DNA of 64,000 nucleotides from Malacoraja senta (GCA_038087875.1 CM075989.1:372001-436000), one strand, 5' to 3'. Positions 47,663 to 58,582 are shown, counted from the first letter of the stretch. A program made the numbers and translations. Notes: generated by a model from the letters alone, not told the origin.

Positions 47663-48619
47663 TGTCCGATCCCACATATCCCGTCAGTTTCCCACTCCAG
47701 GTCTGGAAGAGAGAATAGTTAATGATATCTCTCCACCTGCCCGGCAGCTCTCGAGAGATTCCAACTGCTGCTGGACAGTGGGGCTGAACTTCCCCTGATC
47801 CAAAACTGCTGCTGTCTGCGCTTGGACCCCACTGTCCCTCCAGAGCTGTCCCAGGTACAGTCTCCCTCTGGAAGCCGACTCCCAGCGCAGTGTCCTGGGC
47901 CAGGCCAGGGCCTCTCCTAGTCTTCTGTACATTCTATCCTGGAGATTGACAGATTCTTGATAGGTACGGGTGTCTGAGGTTATGGGGAGAAGGCAGGAGA
48001 ATGGAGTTGAAAGGGAAAGATAGATCAGCTATGATTGAATGTTGGAGTAGGATCGATGGGCCGAATGGCCCATTTGCTCCTGTGACATGAGCTTATGTTC
48101 AGTGTCCGCTGGACTTACAGAATGACTTTGACAGCTGTCCCCAGACCCACCCATTGACGGAGTTGTCCCCCACTGCTCAGACCCTGGAAACCAGGCATGA
48201 ATAACGAGTTTAGAAATTATCACAGAGATACAGGACACAGCACGAGCTGGAATCTTGGGTTAAAACAACAAAGTGCTGGAAGAACTCAGTGGGTCAGGCA
48301 GCATTTGTGGAGGGAGTAGAAAGATGACGGTTCTTGTCGGGTCCCGGCAAGGATATCCGGCTCACCACCACGACATTGGAGGAGACGCCCACCGTGGACT
48401 GAGCTCCTACTCACCGCAGTCAGAGGACCGAGAAACACCCACGGCAGACCAAGAATGGAGGACCCACCGGTAGACCTGGCTCTCCACCGAACTTGGTCCT
48501 GAGCCACCTGTGTCGATGGAACCCGCGTCACCAAGAGTGAGGAGGGAACTTAGAGCGAGGTGGACCGTCGAGAACAAAGGGGGGACCCAGCGGAGGGGCT
48601 ACAATAATCAATGGGTTCT

Positions 48620-49210
48620 GGTAAACCTCGTCCTCGCCCTTTGCAAAGCCTGTACATCCTTCTCACACTGGGGGCAATTGTTCCTCTAAATGCGGCCTAT
48701 AAAGTAGTATCATAACTTTCTGACACTTATACTCCATACCCCGAACATTGAAGGCAAGCCTTATTCACTACTCTATCTTGTGTTGTTACTTACTGGTTGT
48801 GGACATGTACCCCATGATTCCTCCGTACGTCAATACAGTTAAATGTCTTTCCAGTAATTGTATATTTTCCCCTTGCATTTGACCTCCCAAAGTGCAACAC
48901 CTCACATTTGCTGGCATTAAATTCCATCTGCCATTTCTCCACCCATTTCTGTCGCTGATCTGTATCTGTATACTTTGACAGCCTTCCTCAAAGTTTGCAA
49001 CTACAGCAATCTTGGTGGTGTCTGCAAATTTGCTATCCAAACCATCTACATTTACATTTGACTTGTTCATATATATATATATCGATGTATATCAGAAACA
49101 ACATATTCCCAGCACAGATCCTTGTGGAACTACACTGGTCGCAGACCTCCAATTAGAATAATACCCTTCCACCACAAACCTCTGTCTTCTAAGAGTAAGT
49201 CAGTTCTAAA
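48620..49210 (-). mobile_element. Old CR1 RT fragment
   Basis: SKFADTTKI motif in ORF 48786-49070. Confidence 0.75.
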
Positions 49211-49339
49211 GCTAAACATGTGTAGGAAGGAACTGCAGGGGCTGGTTTAAACTGGAGATAGACACAAAATGCTGTAGTAAATCAGTCTAGACAATGTTTC
49301 GGGTCGAGACCCTTCTTCAGACTCGATCTTCAGAGTAAT

Positions 49340-49367
49340 CTGAAGATGGGTCTCGACCTGAAACGTC
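49340..49367 (+). ncRNA. Minimal hammerhead-ribozyme-like motif within a palindromic Penelope-type repeat (~49255-49436)
   Basis: CTGAAGA-T-GGGTC-TC-GACCT-GAAA-CGTC; opposite-strand copy at 49293-49320. Helix I pairing is poor. Confidence 0.5.
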
Positions 49368-49732
49368 ACCCATTCTTTCTCTCCAGAGATGCTGCCTGTC
49401 TAGCTGAGTTACTCCAGCATTTTGTGTCCACCTTCAACATGGATCCTGTGCTTCTTAATCTTTTGGAGCAGCCCAGATGAGGAGTGAAATATGAAGCTGG
49501 AGCGAGGGATATGGGTGGAAAGGACAGGGGAGTGGGGAAAGAAGGGGGATAAAGGGGAAATATTGGACTGAGGGATGGGATATGAGCAAAGGGAGGAGGG
49601 GAAAGAAGCAGAGTGAGCAGGGTGATGGGAGATGGTTGTAGAAATATGTGCACAGCAGGATTATTTGGGGTCTGGGAAAAGAGGAGAGGGGCAGGATGTA
49701 TTACTTGCAACTGGAGAATTCAGTATTCTTAC

Positions 49733-50080
49733 CGTTGTGCTGTACCTGTTGTCAAGTCCCTCATTCCTTTCTGAACAAGGACAGTGTTGTTCACAATGTC
49801 CAGTCCTCACCCAGGAAGGTGTGGGGTTGATCAGGATCACAGGCAACCAGCTTGTCCTCTCAGCTGCAGCCGGTCAGGCTGAGATACTTGAGGGGACTGA
49901 GTGAGTGTCCAGGGGAAGCGGAACATGAGTCATGAGTCTGTGGGATGTGAGTCTTGGTGTGGTGCAGGAAATGGATGAGGTGGCTTTGGGCTTGAGGTTA
50001 CTTTTTCTTTATTTAGAACAGAAGCTGCCAATTTGTCAAAAAGCCGTGAACTTTTTGTTTCACAGATCACTTCCATCTGA
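49733..50080 (-). promoter_or_regulatory. Candidate first (non-coding) exon/promoter of the Siglec-like locus
   Basis: Non-repetitive stretch ending in donor ACG|GTAAGA (GT at 49731-49732); GGAAGTG ETS-like site near 50068-50074. The 5' boundary is a guess. Confidence 0.3.
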
Positions 50081-51121
50081 GCAGAGCACGTATACACGCT
50101 GTGACTATCAAAGAGGTTGACAAAGATAAATTACAAAGCTTCAAGAAGACAGAAAGGGTTATGGATAGGTAGAGCTTAAAATGTTAAAATCCTCTTCATG
50201 CGTTATCATAATTTAATGCTTTAAAGACGGTTGAAACTGAGCATGCGTAGCCGACACTCACTGCTATTTACTTTAGTTAGATTCTGTTCTCTGTTGTCAA
50301 AGGACTAATGGCAATCGTAAAACAATAAAAGAAGGTCGAAAGGGTAACAGGACATTTGCTTATCTGTAATGGTGTGGAATTGGGCTGTGTTTACGCTGCT
50401 GTGCGTTTTGGAGGTGGACGATGTATATTTGTTATAAGACCATTTGGAAGAAGGAAAACTTCTAAAGTGCTTGCTATAATAAACAGAAGATCAAAGGGGA
50501 AGTCTGTGTATAAGGAGCAGATGAATAGCAAGATAAAATGAGGACTTACCAGTGTGAAGTTTGATCTTTATTTTATGAGGAGTTACGATGAGAGATTACG
50601 TGTAGAAGGCCGCCAATGCGCATCAATCTTCAAAGCAGCGGTGTAAAATCACAGATAACAGATGTTGAACTAACATAGTAAGATTAGAGATGACTAGAAC
50701 TACCAGATGATCTTTATGATATGAGGGTCAGGAGCGGAGGGCACGTAATCGCTCATTGTAACTCCTCATAAAATAAAGATAAAACTTCGAACTGGCAAGT
50801 TCTCGTTTAATCTTACTATTTAACTTCGGAGTTGCATGGAGTTGTGCGGAGCTGGTCCCCACATCGCGCGGGGCTACGAAAAACTGACCCTGTTCAAAAA
50901 TTCCGTGCGGCAACGGGCTGCCACCCCGCAGCTGCATCGAGGCCGTGCGCGCCGCATCGCCGGCCGTGCGCACCGCCTCGATGCCGGACGCAGCCGCATC
51001 GACGGCCGTGCGCACTGCCTCAACGCCGGACGCACCGTCTTGATGGCACTCAATCTCCGCGCGGCCCCCGCTTCCGATTTGACAAAGACAATAATAGTGA
51101 CCCCTCTCATCCAGGGGGAAA

Positions 51122-51787
51122 CTATAAAACAGAACTTAAAATAGAATTAGCAAAAGCCCCCGGTCTGACGATAGGTTTGTTATAAAACCTTTGGTACGTC
51201 AGTTCATTAGACCATCCTACAGCCGCTAGAATGTGGTCAAGAGGGACGTCAATATCCCTCGCTGCTGACGTAGATGCAGCCCTGTTGGAATGAGGTTTAA
51301 AAGTGTCAGTGTCCACTCCTGCACATGCCAGAACCTGTTTTATCAATCTTGAAATGGTCTGTACTGTAACCTTCCTATGAGGTTTTGTGTAGCTGATGAA
51401 TAAAGATAATTCCGAGCTTCTGAGGCTCTCAGTGACCTTAATGTATCGTAGTATGTGTGTAACTACACACAACCATAGGTCTAAGGGGTATGCCATAAAC
51501 ATTAATTTGAGCCCCGACACCCCTGGTCTGCTCTGCTTAATTAAATCATAAACAAAAAAGGTAATATTGTCAAAAGATGAAACCATGCCGTCCAGTCTTA
51601 GTTTATTTAACGTCTGGACCTGTTGCGCTGAAACCAGCGTCATGAGGATGACTACCTTAAGAGTGAGATGTGGCAGAGATAGAGATGAAGCTGGAGCCCA
51701 CTGGTGAAGCAGCGTGAGAACCATGCTCACATCCCATATCTGTGAATATCGGGGCCTAGGGGGAGTGGAGTTAAAAATGCCCTTCAT
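51122..51787 (-). CDS. DIRS tyrosine recombinase catalytic fragment
   Basis: KQSR, HSNRAAS, GWS...YQRFY; the first catalytic Arg position reads SAQQ, suggesting decay. Confidence 0.88.
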   Translation of the reverse strand: MKGIFNSTPPRPRYSQIWDVSMVLTLLHQWAPASSLSLPHLTLKVVILMTLVSAQQVQTLNKLRLDGMVSSFDNITFFVYDLIKQSRPGVSGLKLMFMAYPLDLWLCVVTHILRYIKVTESLRSSELSLFISYTKPHRKVTVQTISRLIKQVLACAGVDTDTFKPHSNRAASTSAARDIDVPLDHILAAVGWSNELTYQRFYNKPIVRPGAFANSILSSVL

Positions 51788-52227
51788 AAATCTTGTTATT
51801 AAGGGGTGAGACCCGACAATGTGGTTCCCTGACCCCAGACATAAGTAAGAAGATAAAGCGCTCCTAGCACTATTAATGGCACTATAACTGAGTTTCTGAT
51901 CGTAGAACAGTGTTGATAGGAACTACAAAACATCCGTAATGGAAGCCGTGTCATACGAAATTTTCGAGAGGGAGCAGTACATCTCCCATTTCCTTATATG
52001 AGTGAAATACTGTTTCTGGGTACTCTTCCTCCAGGCCGCAGTGATCACATCTACCGTACGATCTGAAAGTCCGAGCCCCAGGAACGGTCTCCTCAGGATC
52101 TGCAAACCAATAAATTGATTCGGTCATGTAGTGGATGGTTTTCCCCTGTCACAGGATGTACCAGCAGATTCCTGCTATTGGGGACAGCCATAAAAGGCTG
52201 TGTAATCATACCTAGGATGAGTGGGAA

Positions 52228-52752
52228 CTAATGCTGAGCAGGCCAGTCTGGTACTACCAATATGCCAGAAGCAGTGTCTTGCTTGATCTTGGCCAAGCAC
52301 CGACTGATGAGGCAAAATGGGGGAAAGGCATACAAGAACTTTCCACCCCAGATAAGCGAGAAAGCATCTAATGCCACTGCCCCAGGGTCTGGTTCCCATG
52401 AAACGTAATTAGGTAACTGGTGACTTAGTCTAGATGCAAACAAGTCGATATCCGGTAGGCCATACCGAGCGACAATGTCGTTAAACACTTCATGGTTCAA
52501 CATCCATTCTTTGTTGTCATTGAATTCCCATGACCTGGTGTCCGCCACCGTGTTATATCTACCTGGTAAGTAGATAGCTGAAACCCAGATGTTTCTCGTA
52601 ATACACCAGTGCCAAATAAGGTTAGACAATTTATCACAGGATACAGACTTAATTCCACCCATGTGATTAATGTATGCCACTGCTGTAGTGTTGTCATGCA
52701 CATGTAGCATATTGCTACAATAAGCCTTTAGCCCATAGAGTGCTCCCAACAA
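52228..52752 (-). CDS. DIRS RNase H C-terminus plus N6-adenine methyltransferase-like domain
   Basis: DNTTAVAYINHMGG, YLPGRYNTVAD, then DIDLFAS, DAF, YAFPPF, VPDWP. Confidence 0.85.
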   Translation of the reverse strand: MLGALYGLKAYCSNMLHVHDNTTAVAYINHMGGIKSVSCDKLSNLIWHWCITRNIWVSAIYLPGRYNTVADTRSWEFNDNKEWMLNHEVFNDIVARYGLPDIDLFASRLSHQLPNYVSWEPDPGAVALDAFSLIWGGKFLYAFPPFCLISRCLAKIKQDTASGILVVPDWPAQH

Positions 52753-52892
52753 CTCTAACTAGTTAATACCATGTGACTAAAGAATTAATGATTCCTGCAT
52801 GTTCCATCTGCCACCGTAGCTTGAGATGGTGTTGGTAGCACCGCATCCTAGAGCACTAGCATCAGTTTGTAGGATAACTGATGGTGTATCGA

Positions 52893-53618
52893 CTAAAATT
52901 GCCGAATATTGGTCACCCACCATTGTAACTCAGCAATGGCTTCAGCTGGCAACCGCATAGGTCTACCGAAGTGACCTTTATGAAGTTTGATTGCCTGCTC
53001 CTTTGCACGTTGTAAGTTTTGGTAGTGCAAAGGCCCGAACCGAGCAGCTGGGAAAGCAGCCACTAATTTGCCAATTATACTAGCCACATGTCTAATAGGT
53101 TGGTCCTTAACAATGAGATTATTACAGGCTTCAATTAATTCTAATTGCTTGCTCCTAGGCAGAGTCACTGACATGTGAATAGAGTTAATGGTGAATCCCA
53201 AATAATGAATTACTCTAGATTGTACCAATTTGGATTTAACTGGATGGATGAGGAACCCCAATCTCTCAAACATGTGTTTGGTAGCTGACACTGATAATTC
53301 AGCTAATTTCATAGTTTTCCCTATGATAAGGATGTCATCCAAGTATGCCATGACAATATGATTCTGTGCCCTGAGTTGCCCCAGGACTGGTTTTAGCAAT
53401 TTAGTGAATAATCTGGGGGCTGAGGTTAACCCAATGGGCAATGCTTTAAACTGCCACAGTTGCCCCATCCAGCTAAACTTTAAATATCTCCGGTGATCAC
53501 CATGAATGGCCACCGAATAGTATGCATCTTTGACGTCGATACATGCCATATAACATCCCTTGGAAACCAGTTGTTTGGCAGTAACAACGTTTTCCATTTT
53601 GAAGTGTTTATACTGCAC
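52893..53618 (-). CDS. DIRS reverse transcriptase fragment
   Basis: YLDD box and flanking RT motifs. Confidence 0.9.
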   Translation of the reverse strand: MQYKHFKMENVVTAKQLVSKGCYMACIDVKDAYYSVAIHGDHRRYLKFSWMGQLWQFKALPIGLTSAPRLFTKLLKPVLGQLRAQNHIVMAYLDDILIIGKTMKLAELSVSATKHMFERLGFLIHPVKSKLVQSRVIHYLGFTINSIHMSVTLPRSKQLELIEACNNLIVKDQPIRHVASIIGKLVAAFPAARFGPLHYQNLQRAKEQAIKLHKGHFGRPMRLPAEAIAELQWWVTNIRQF

Positions 53619-55519
53619 AAAGGTGTCAAGTCAAGGATGATTTGGCATCCTCCATCCTTCTTTTGCTTAGTAAATAAATTGGACACAAATTGGTGAAACT
53701 CATGACACGACATCTCAATTACCCCTTTTTGGGGTAAAGATTCAATTTCAGCTTGCGCATCCGCACACTCCTGTTGTGAAAGAACAAATGTGTGGTTCGG
53801 TGTATGCTGTGTGGGTGGAGGTGAATTTTCTAGAAGGAACTCAATTTGGAAACCTTGTATACTGTATAAACGTATATGAAGTTATCCAATGACATTCATT
53901 CAAGAAAAATTGTAATCTCCTTCCAACTTGTAACTGATCCATAGACAATGTGTTCCGCAAACAACCAGACTCACTTACCTCACTAGTTATCGGCGGTATG
54001 GTATTTGTTTCTGCCCCCGAGGTTTGGGGGGTAGCACTGTTCGAGTGCGCCATCCGCGCATCTTGAACGTGGGCCGGCTTAGGCCTAGCCCTAAAAAAGG
54101 CCTCTGTGCCTGTTGTTCGTGCTTCCCACCATATTCGGCAAACCGTCTGGTGTTGAGAGGAGCATAGGGGTGCTGCCGCCGGAAAGATGAGGTCTTGAAA
54201 GATGTTGGGACCTTCATAAGCCTGACTGCTTTAGCCTCATCATCCAGCTCCCTGACCTGCTTTGGCAGGTCTTACCCGAACAGGAGGTTTGGTGGTTGGA
54301 TGTTCCCGGCCTTGCACAATGCTGCAAATTTGGGGTTCAGAGCAGGACAGATGGCATTCTTTCACAGGCAATTGATCTCAAAATGTGCATTGCACATTAA
54401 TGCCATGGCGTCCTGCTGAACATCTGAGAGGGGCCCCCCATCCAACTACCTGGCAAAGGCCGTGATGCGTGAGGCGAGCAATCTTAATATTTTTTGTAAT
54501 TTTACCTCCTGGGCTCTGACGCCCCCTCCAATGTAACCCCAGATGGAGTGATTTACTGCCGGGACATTCAATGAGACACAGTTTGCAGGGGTATGGTACT
54601 TGGTGGTGGTTTCCTCCATGACCTGATCTTGGAGCTGGTGAGAGGTCAGGTAATTAATGCTCTTGGCAAGATCCTCTCCCAGCAGTTCCCCTGTTAGGGA
54701 GCGTATAGCAAATTTGGATGCCATAAGGGGCACTTCTGAATCATGCCCTTCATGCCTGGAAGCATGCTCCCCAGCTGTGCCTCCGTACTCATGAGTCAGT
54801 GTAGAACTGACCTCGTATACTCCCCTCCTCAGAGAGGGAGATATTGTGCAGCCCTGAGACAGGTGCCGCTGTCGCGGGCTCTCCAGAATACTCGGGGCTC
54901 AGATAACTCCCTCCTTTGAAGCATATCACTTTGGAGCAACCTCTCCATTAGGTGCTCCATGTGGGTCAGTCACCCATAGACGCTGCCCGTTGAAGGAGGA
55001 GAACCCTCCTGGCCCGACTCGTCCAAGTCCACGGGCCTGACAGACTTCCTGGTGGATTTCCGCCCCAGCGGGGTAGCCAAGGTGCTTTATATCGGCGCCA
55101 AGTCTGTAGCAGCTGGCTCCACTGCCAGCGACCCGGAAGGCGAAATCGGCGGCCGCCCGCTACCCGCACTCCGGCGGTCTTCAGTAGTCGGTTTCCCCGC
55201 GGCCCGCCTCTTCACCTTAGACATGGTCTCCGCAAAGTTTGAATACTTTCTGTAACAGAGTAAACGAACTGGGAGCAACGACCTCAGAGAGAGTATAAGC
55301 ACTTACCTGAGGGTTTTAAACCTACCGCTGGAAGGAGCGACGCACCTGCCAGTCGGTCGTTGCGCAATGCGTTAGACATAATGATGCGCATGCGGGCTGA
55401 CGGCCTTCTTCACGTAGTCACTCACGTGACTCCGAAGTAAAATCTTTGTTCGTTGAGCAATCTCCTAGATTGCACCCAGTGATCACTATATTTGACGCTC
55501 TTGAATAGTCTTGATTGTC

Positions 55520-56530
55520 TATAGACAATAGGTGCAGGAGTAGGTCATTCGGCCCTTCGCTGATCATCCCCAATCAGTACCCTTCCTGTCTTCTCCCCAT
55601 ATCCTCTGACTCCATAATCTTTAAGAGCCCTATCGAGAATTCCACAGACTCACAACTCTCTGTGAGAAAAAATGTTTCCTCGTCTCCGTTCTAAATGGCT
55701 TACCCCTTATTCTTAAACTGTAGCCCTTTGTTCCGGTCTCCCCCAACATCGGGAACATGTTTCCTGCCTCTAGCATGTCCAAACCCTTAATAATCTTATA
55801 TGTTTCAATAAGATCCCCTCTCATCCTTCTAAACTCTAGAGTATACAAGCACAGCTGCTCCATTCTCTCAGCATATGACAGTACCGCCATCCCAGGAATG
55901 GCATGTTGGCCTTCATAACAAGAGGAGTTGAGTATAAGATCAAAGAGGTCCTTCTGCACTTGTACAGTGCCCTAGTGAGACCACAACTGGAGTTTTGTGT
56001 GCAGTTTTGGTCCCCTAATTTGAGAAAGGATATTCTTGCTATTGAGGGAGTGCAGCGTAGGTTTACATGGTTAGTTCCCGGGATGGTGGGACTGTTCTAT
56101 GCTGAGAGAATGAAGCGGCTGGGCTTGTATTCTCTGGAATTTAGAAGTATGAGAGGGGATCTTATTGAAACATATAAGATTATTAAGGGATTGGACACGC
56201 TAGAGGCAGGAAACATGTTCCCGATAGTGGGGGAGTCCAGAACCAGGGGCCACAGTTTAAGAATAAGGGGTAAGCCATTTAGAACGGAGATGAAGATATA
56301 CTTTTTCACACAGAGAGGTGACTCTGTGGAATTCTCTGCCTCAGAGCGCGGTGGAGGCCGGTTCTCTTGATACTTTCAAGAGAGAGCTAGATAGGGCTCT
56401 TAAATATAGCGGAGTCAGGGGATATGGGGAGAAGGAAGGAATGAGGTACTGATTGGGGATGATCAGCCATAATCTCATGGAATGGCGGTGCTGCCTCGAA
56501 GGGCCGAATGGTCTACTCCTGCACATCTAT
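55520..56530. mobile_element. Two CR1 3' fragments joined head-to-head (minus ~55520-55899; plus ~55897-56530)
   Basis: ORFs 55630-55959(-) and 55903-56370(+) encode the same RT C-terminus; 3' ends point outward. Confidence 0.88.
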
Positions 56531-57199
56531 TGACGTGACGTCCTTTATTCTTATATGGAGCAATGGTGGTCTGCATTCTTGAACAGCAGTGCAACAACAC
56601 TCTGTTCAATCACACACTTTAATTGTAATCTTTCCTGTCCAACCAGGACACAAACACACAGCTGCCTTTCCATGAGATGGAGATTGTGGTTTCATTAGGT
56701 TCAGCAAAAGTCATGTCTCTATCCACGTGTCTTTACGGAAAATCATTTCCTGAGGTTGACATTGTGGTTTGGGTGGGTTGAACAAGCTCAGCCCATGTAA
56801 CACTTTCTGGTTTATTCCTGCCTGAGAAGCCACCATCAACTCTTTAGCGAATAGGGTTGAGTTGCCACCTTGAGCAGCTGCAGTCCTTCTGGTTAAGGTG
56901 TTCTCAGCGCTGCAGGGGAGAGAATTCCAAGATTTAGACCCAACAGCAATGAACGAACCCCCAGTGTATTTCCAAGTTAAAAACAAAATACAGGAGGAAC
57001 TCAGTGTTTCCAACAGCGTCTATGGAAGGAATGAACAGATGCTATTTCAGGTCAGGAGACTTCTTCAGACTGATGGAGCAGGGGCTGGAAAAGGGAGGTG
57101 GGGATAGGGCAAAGCCTGGCAAGTGGTAGGTGGAATTAGGTGAGGGAGGGAGATTGGCAGATGGGTGGTGGTTGGCAGGTGGAGAGGGGAGATTACATT

Positions 57200-57561
57200 G
57201 AAACATAGAAAACATTGAAAATAGATGCAGAAGGAGGAGACCATTTGGCCCATTCGAGAAAGCACTGCCATTCATTATGATCATGGCTAAGGATCCACAA
57301 CCAGTAACCCGTGCCTGCCTTCTCCCCATATCCCTTGATTCTGCTAACCCCTAGAACTCTATCTACCTGTAACTCTCTTTTAAAGTCACCCAGTGAATTG
57401 GCCTCTACTGCCTTCTGTGGCAGAGAATTCCACAAATTCACAACTCTCTAGATGAAAAAGTTTTTTCTCATCTCAGTTTTAAATTGCCTCCCCTTTATTC
57501 TAAGACTGTGGCCCCTGGTTTCAAATTTCAGAGGTCCTTTTGCAGTTGTACAGGGCCCTAG
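57200..57561 (-). mobile_element. Short CR1 3' fragment with small inverted 5' piece (~57529-57561)
   Basis: CATAGAAA-type tail at ~57201; then plus-strand AGAGGTCCTTTTGCAGTTGTACAGGGCCCTAGT, from further upstream in CR1 ORF2. Confidence 0.7.
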
Positions 57562-58125
57562 TATCGAAGTCTGTCGAACTGAACGAGTAAAATAACTTAA
57601 AACACAAGTCTCAGTAAAAGAGTCTTTACTAGAAGTCACCCGGGTGGTGAGAGAACACAGTCACTCGTATGGACAAGGAGCCCACACAAGAGCCTGTTGC
57701 TGTTCCCTCTGAGAATACAAAGGAGTACAATCATGTTTAAAAAGATAAAACAGCCCAAAACACATGGTTAGTGTACTCAATACGAAGAAAGGAACTCAGT
57801 TTAAAAGAGATACAAAATGAAGTTCCTCAGACAGGTAATGGAGGCATGGGAGTATTTAGGGGAGCGCAGGCAGATGCTGTAGCAATAAGGCACATATTGT
57901 ATTGTAACAACCCTACTGCAGGACATTAGTATCAGTATTAGAATGTGAGAACGGCTCTTATCTTAGTTCTCACAGACACAGTGAAGGTCGCTTTATTCGC
58001 TTTACAGAATTACTGCAGAAGTCAGTTTTAAAGTGAAACTAGCATCCTTTACATAAAATGGCAGTCAAAGCTAAAATAACTAAAATAAGCTAAATAAAAT
58101 GGTGGCTATTGCCTTAACTCTTACA
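57562..58125 (-). mobile_element. ERV 3' LTR (different from the LTR at 3455)
   Basis: Begins TGTAAG at 58125 after PPT AAAAGGGAGGAA (58126-58137); distal boundary approximate. Confidence 0.7.
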
Positions 58126-58157
58126 TTCCTCCCTTTTGATTAAACTTAATCAATATA

Positions 58158-58580
58158 TCAAATGATGCAGCCAGAAGCCATACATTTGCAAATATATGGT
58201 GCACAGGAATAAAGCAGTAAAATGATGATTATAATTATCAAAATAGTAGTTCCATAATGCCACACAGGGCACCATGCAGACCCTCCAGTAAACCAACTCC
58301 ACATACCATGGTTTTGATCCTCAACCAGATTCTCCCCCTCACCCTGGATCTCGGTAATTTCCTTTCTTAAACGGGCTGCTAGGTCAGCTATGTTGGAGGA
58401 TTCGTCAGGAATATAGGTACAGCATTCTTGCCCAATGATAGCACAGGTGCCCCCTTTCTTGGCCAGAATAAAATCTAAGGCCATTCGATTCTGTAGCACC
58501 ACCATCCTGATGGCAACCATTACAGCTGTCAGTGACCCAATCTGGGCCTGAGTTCCCATAAGGCCAGCTGCTGTATTGGT
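58158..58580 (-). mobile_element. env: ERV env transmembrane-subunit fragment (gamma-type)
   Basis: Immunosuppressive domain LQNRMALDFILA, CX6CC (CAIIGQECC), W-rich MPER, TM ILIIIIIILLLY, then PPT and LTR. Confidence 0.92.
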
Positions 58581-58582
58581 AC

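Larger units (their letters stand above)
16840..47702 (-). pseudogene. Siglec/MAG/CD22-like Ig-superfamily receptor locus, apparently disrupted (7 coding exons)
   Basis: GT-AG exons in order: 47623-47662 (signal), 46611-46976 (V-set), 27181-27478 (C2), 26325-26606 (C2), 19966-20063 (TM), 19342-19411 + 18441-18485 (cytoplasmic, split), 16840-16944 (Tyr motifs, stop). Confidence 0.8.
50524..55443 (-). mobile_element. DIRS1-like retrotransposon C (best preserved), with GC-rich insertion ~50833-51075
   Basis: ITRs and ICR (~50743-50831), gag-like fragments 53987-55224, RT 52893-53713 (IDVKDAYY, LPIGLTSAP, YLDD), RNase H+MTase 52228-52890, YR 51122-52105. Confidence 0.95.

Noticed and set aside
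50728..51185. Overlapping GC-rich ORFs or a CpG-island gene
   Set aside because: A ~240-bp GC-rich repeat fragment interrupting DIRS-C after its ICR, resembling the interior of the MITE at 17841-18405; no recognisable protein.
51122..52752. Prophage or bacterial contamination (integrase plus methylase)
   Set aside because: Both domains sit within a DIRS element with RT, ITRs and ICR, embedded in vertebrate repeats.
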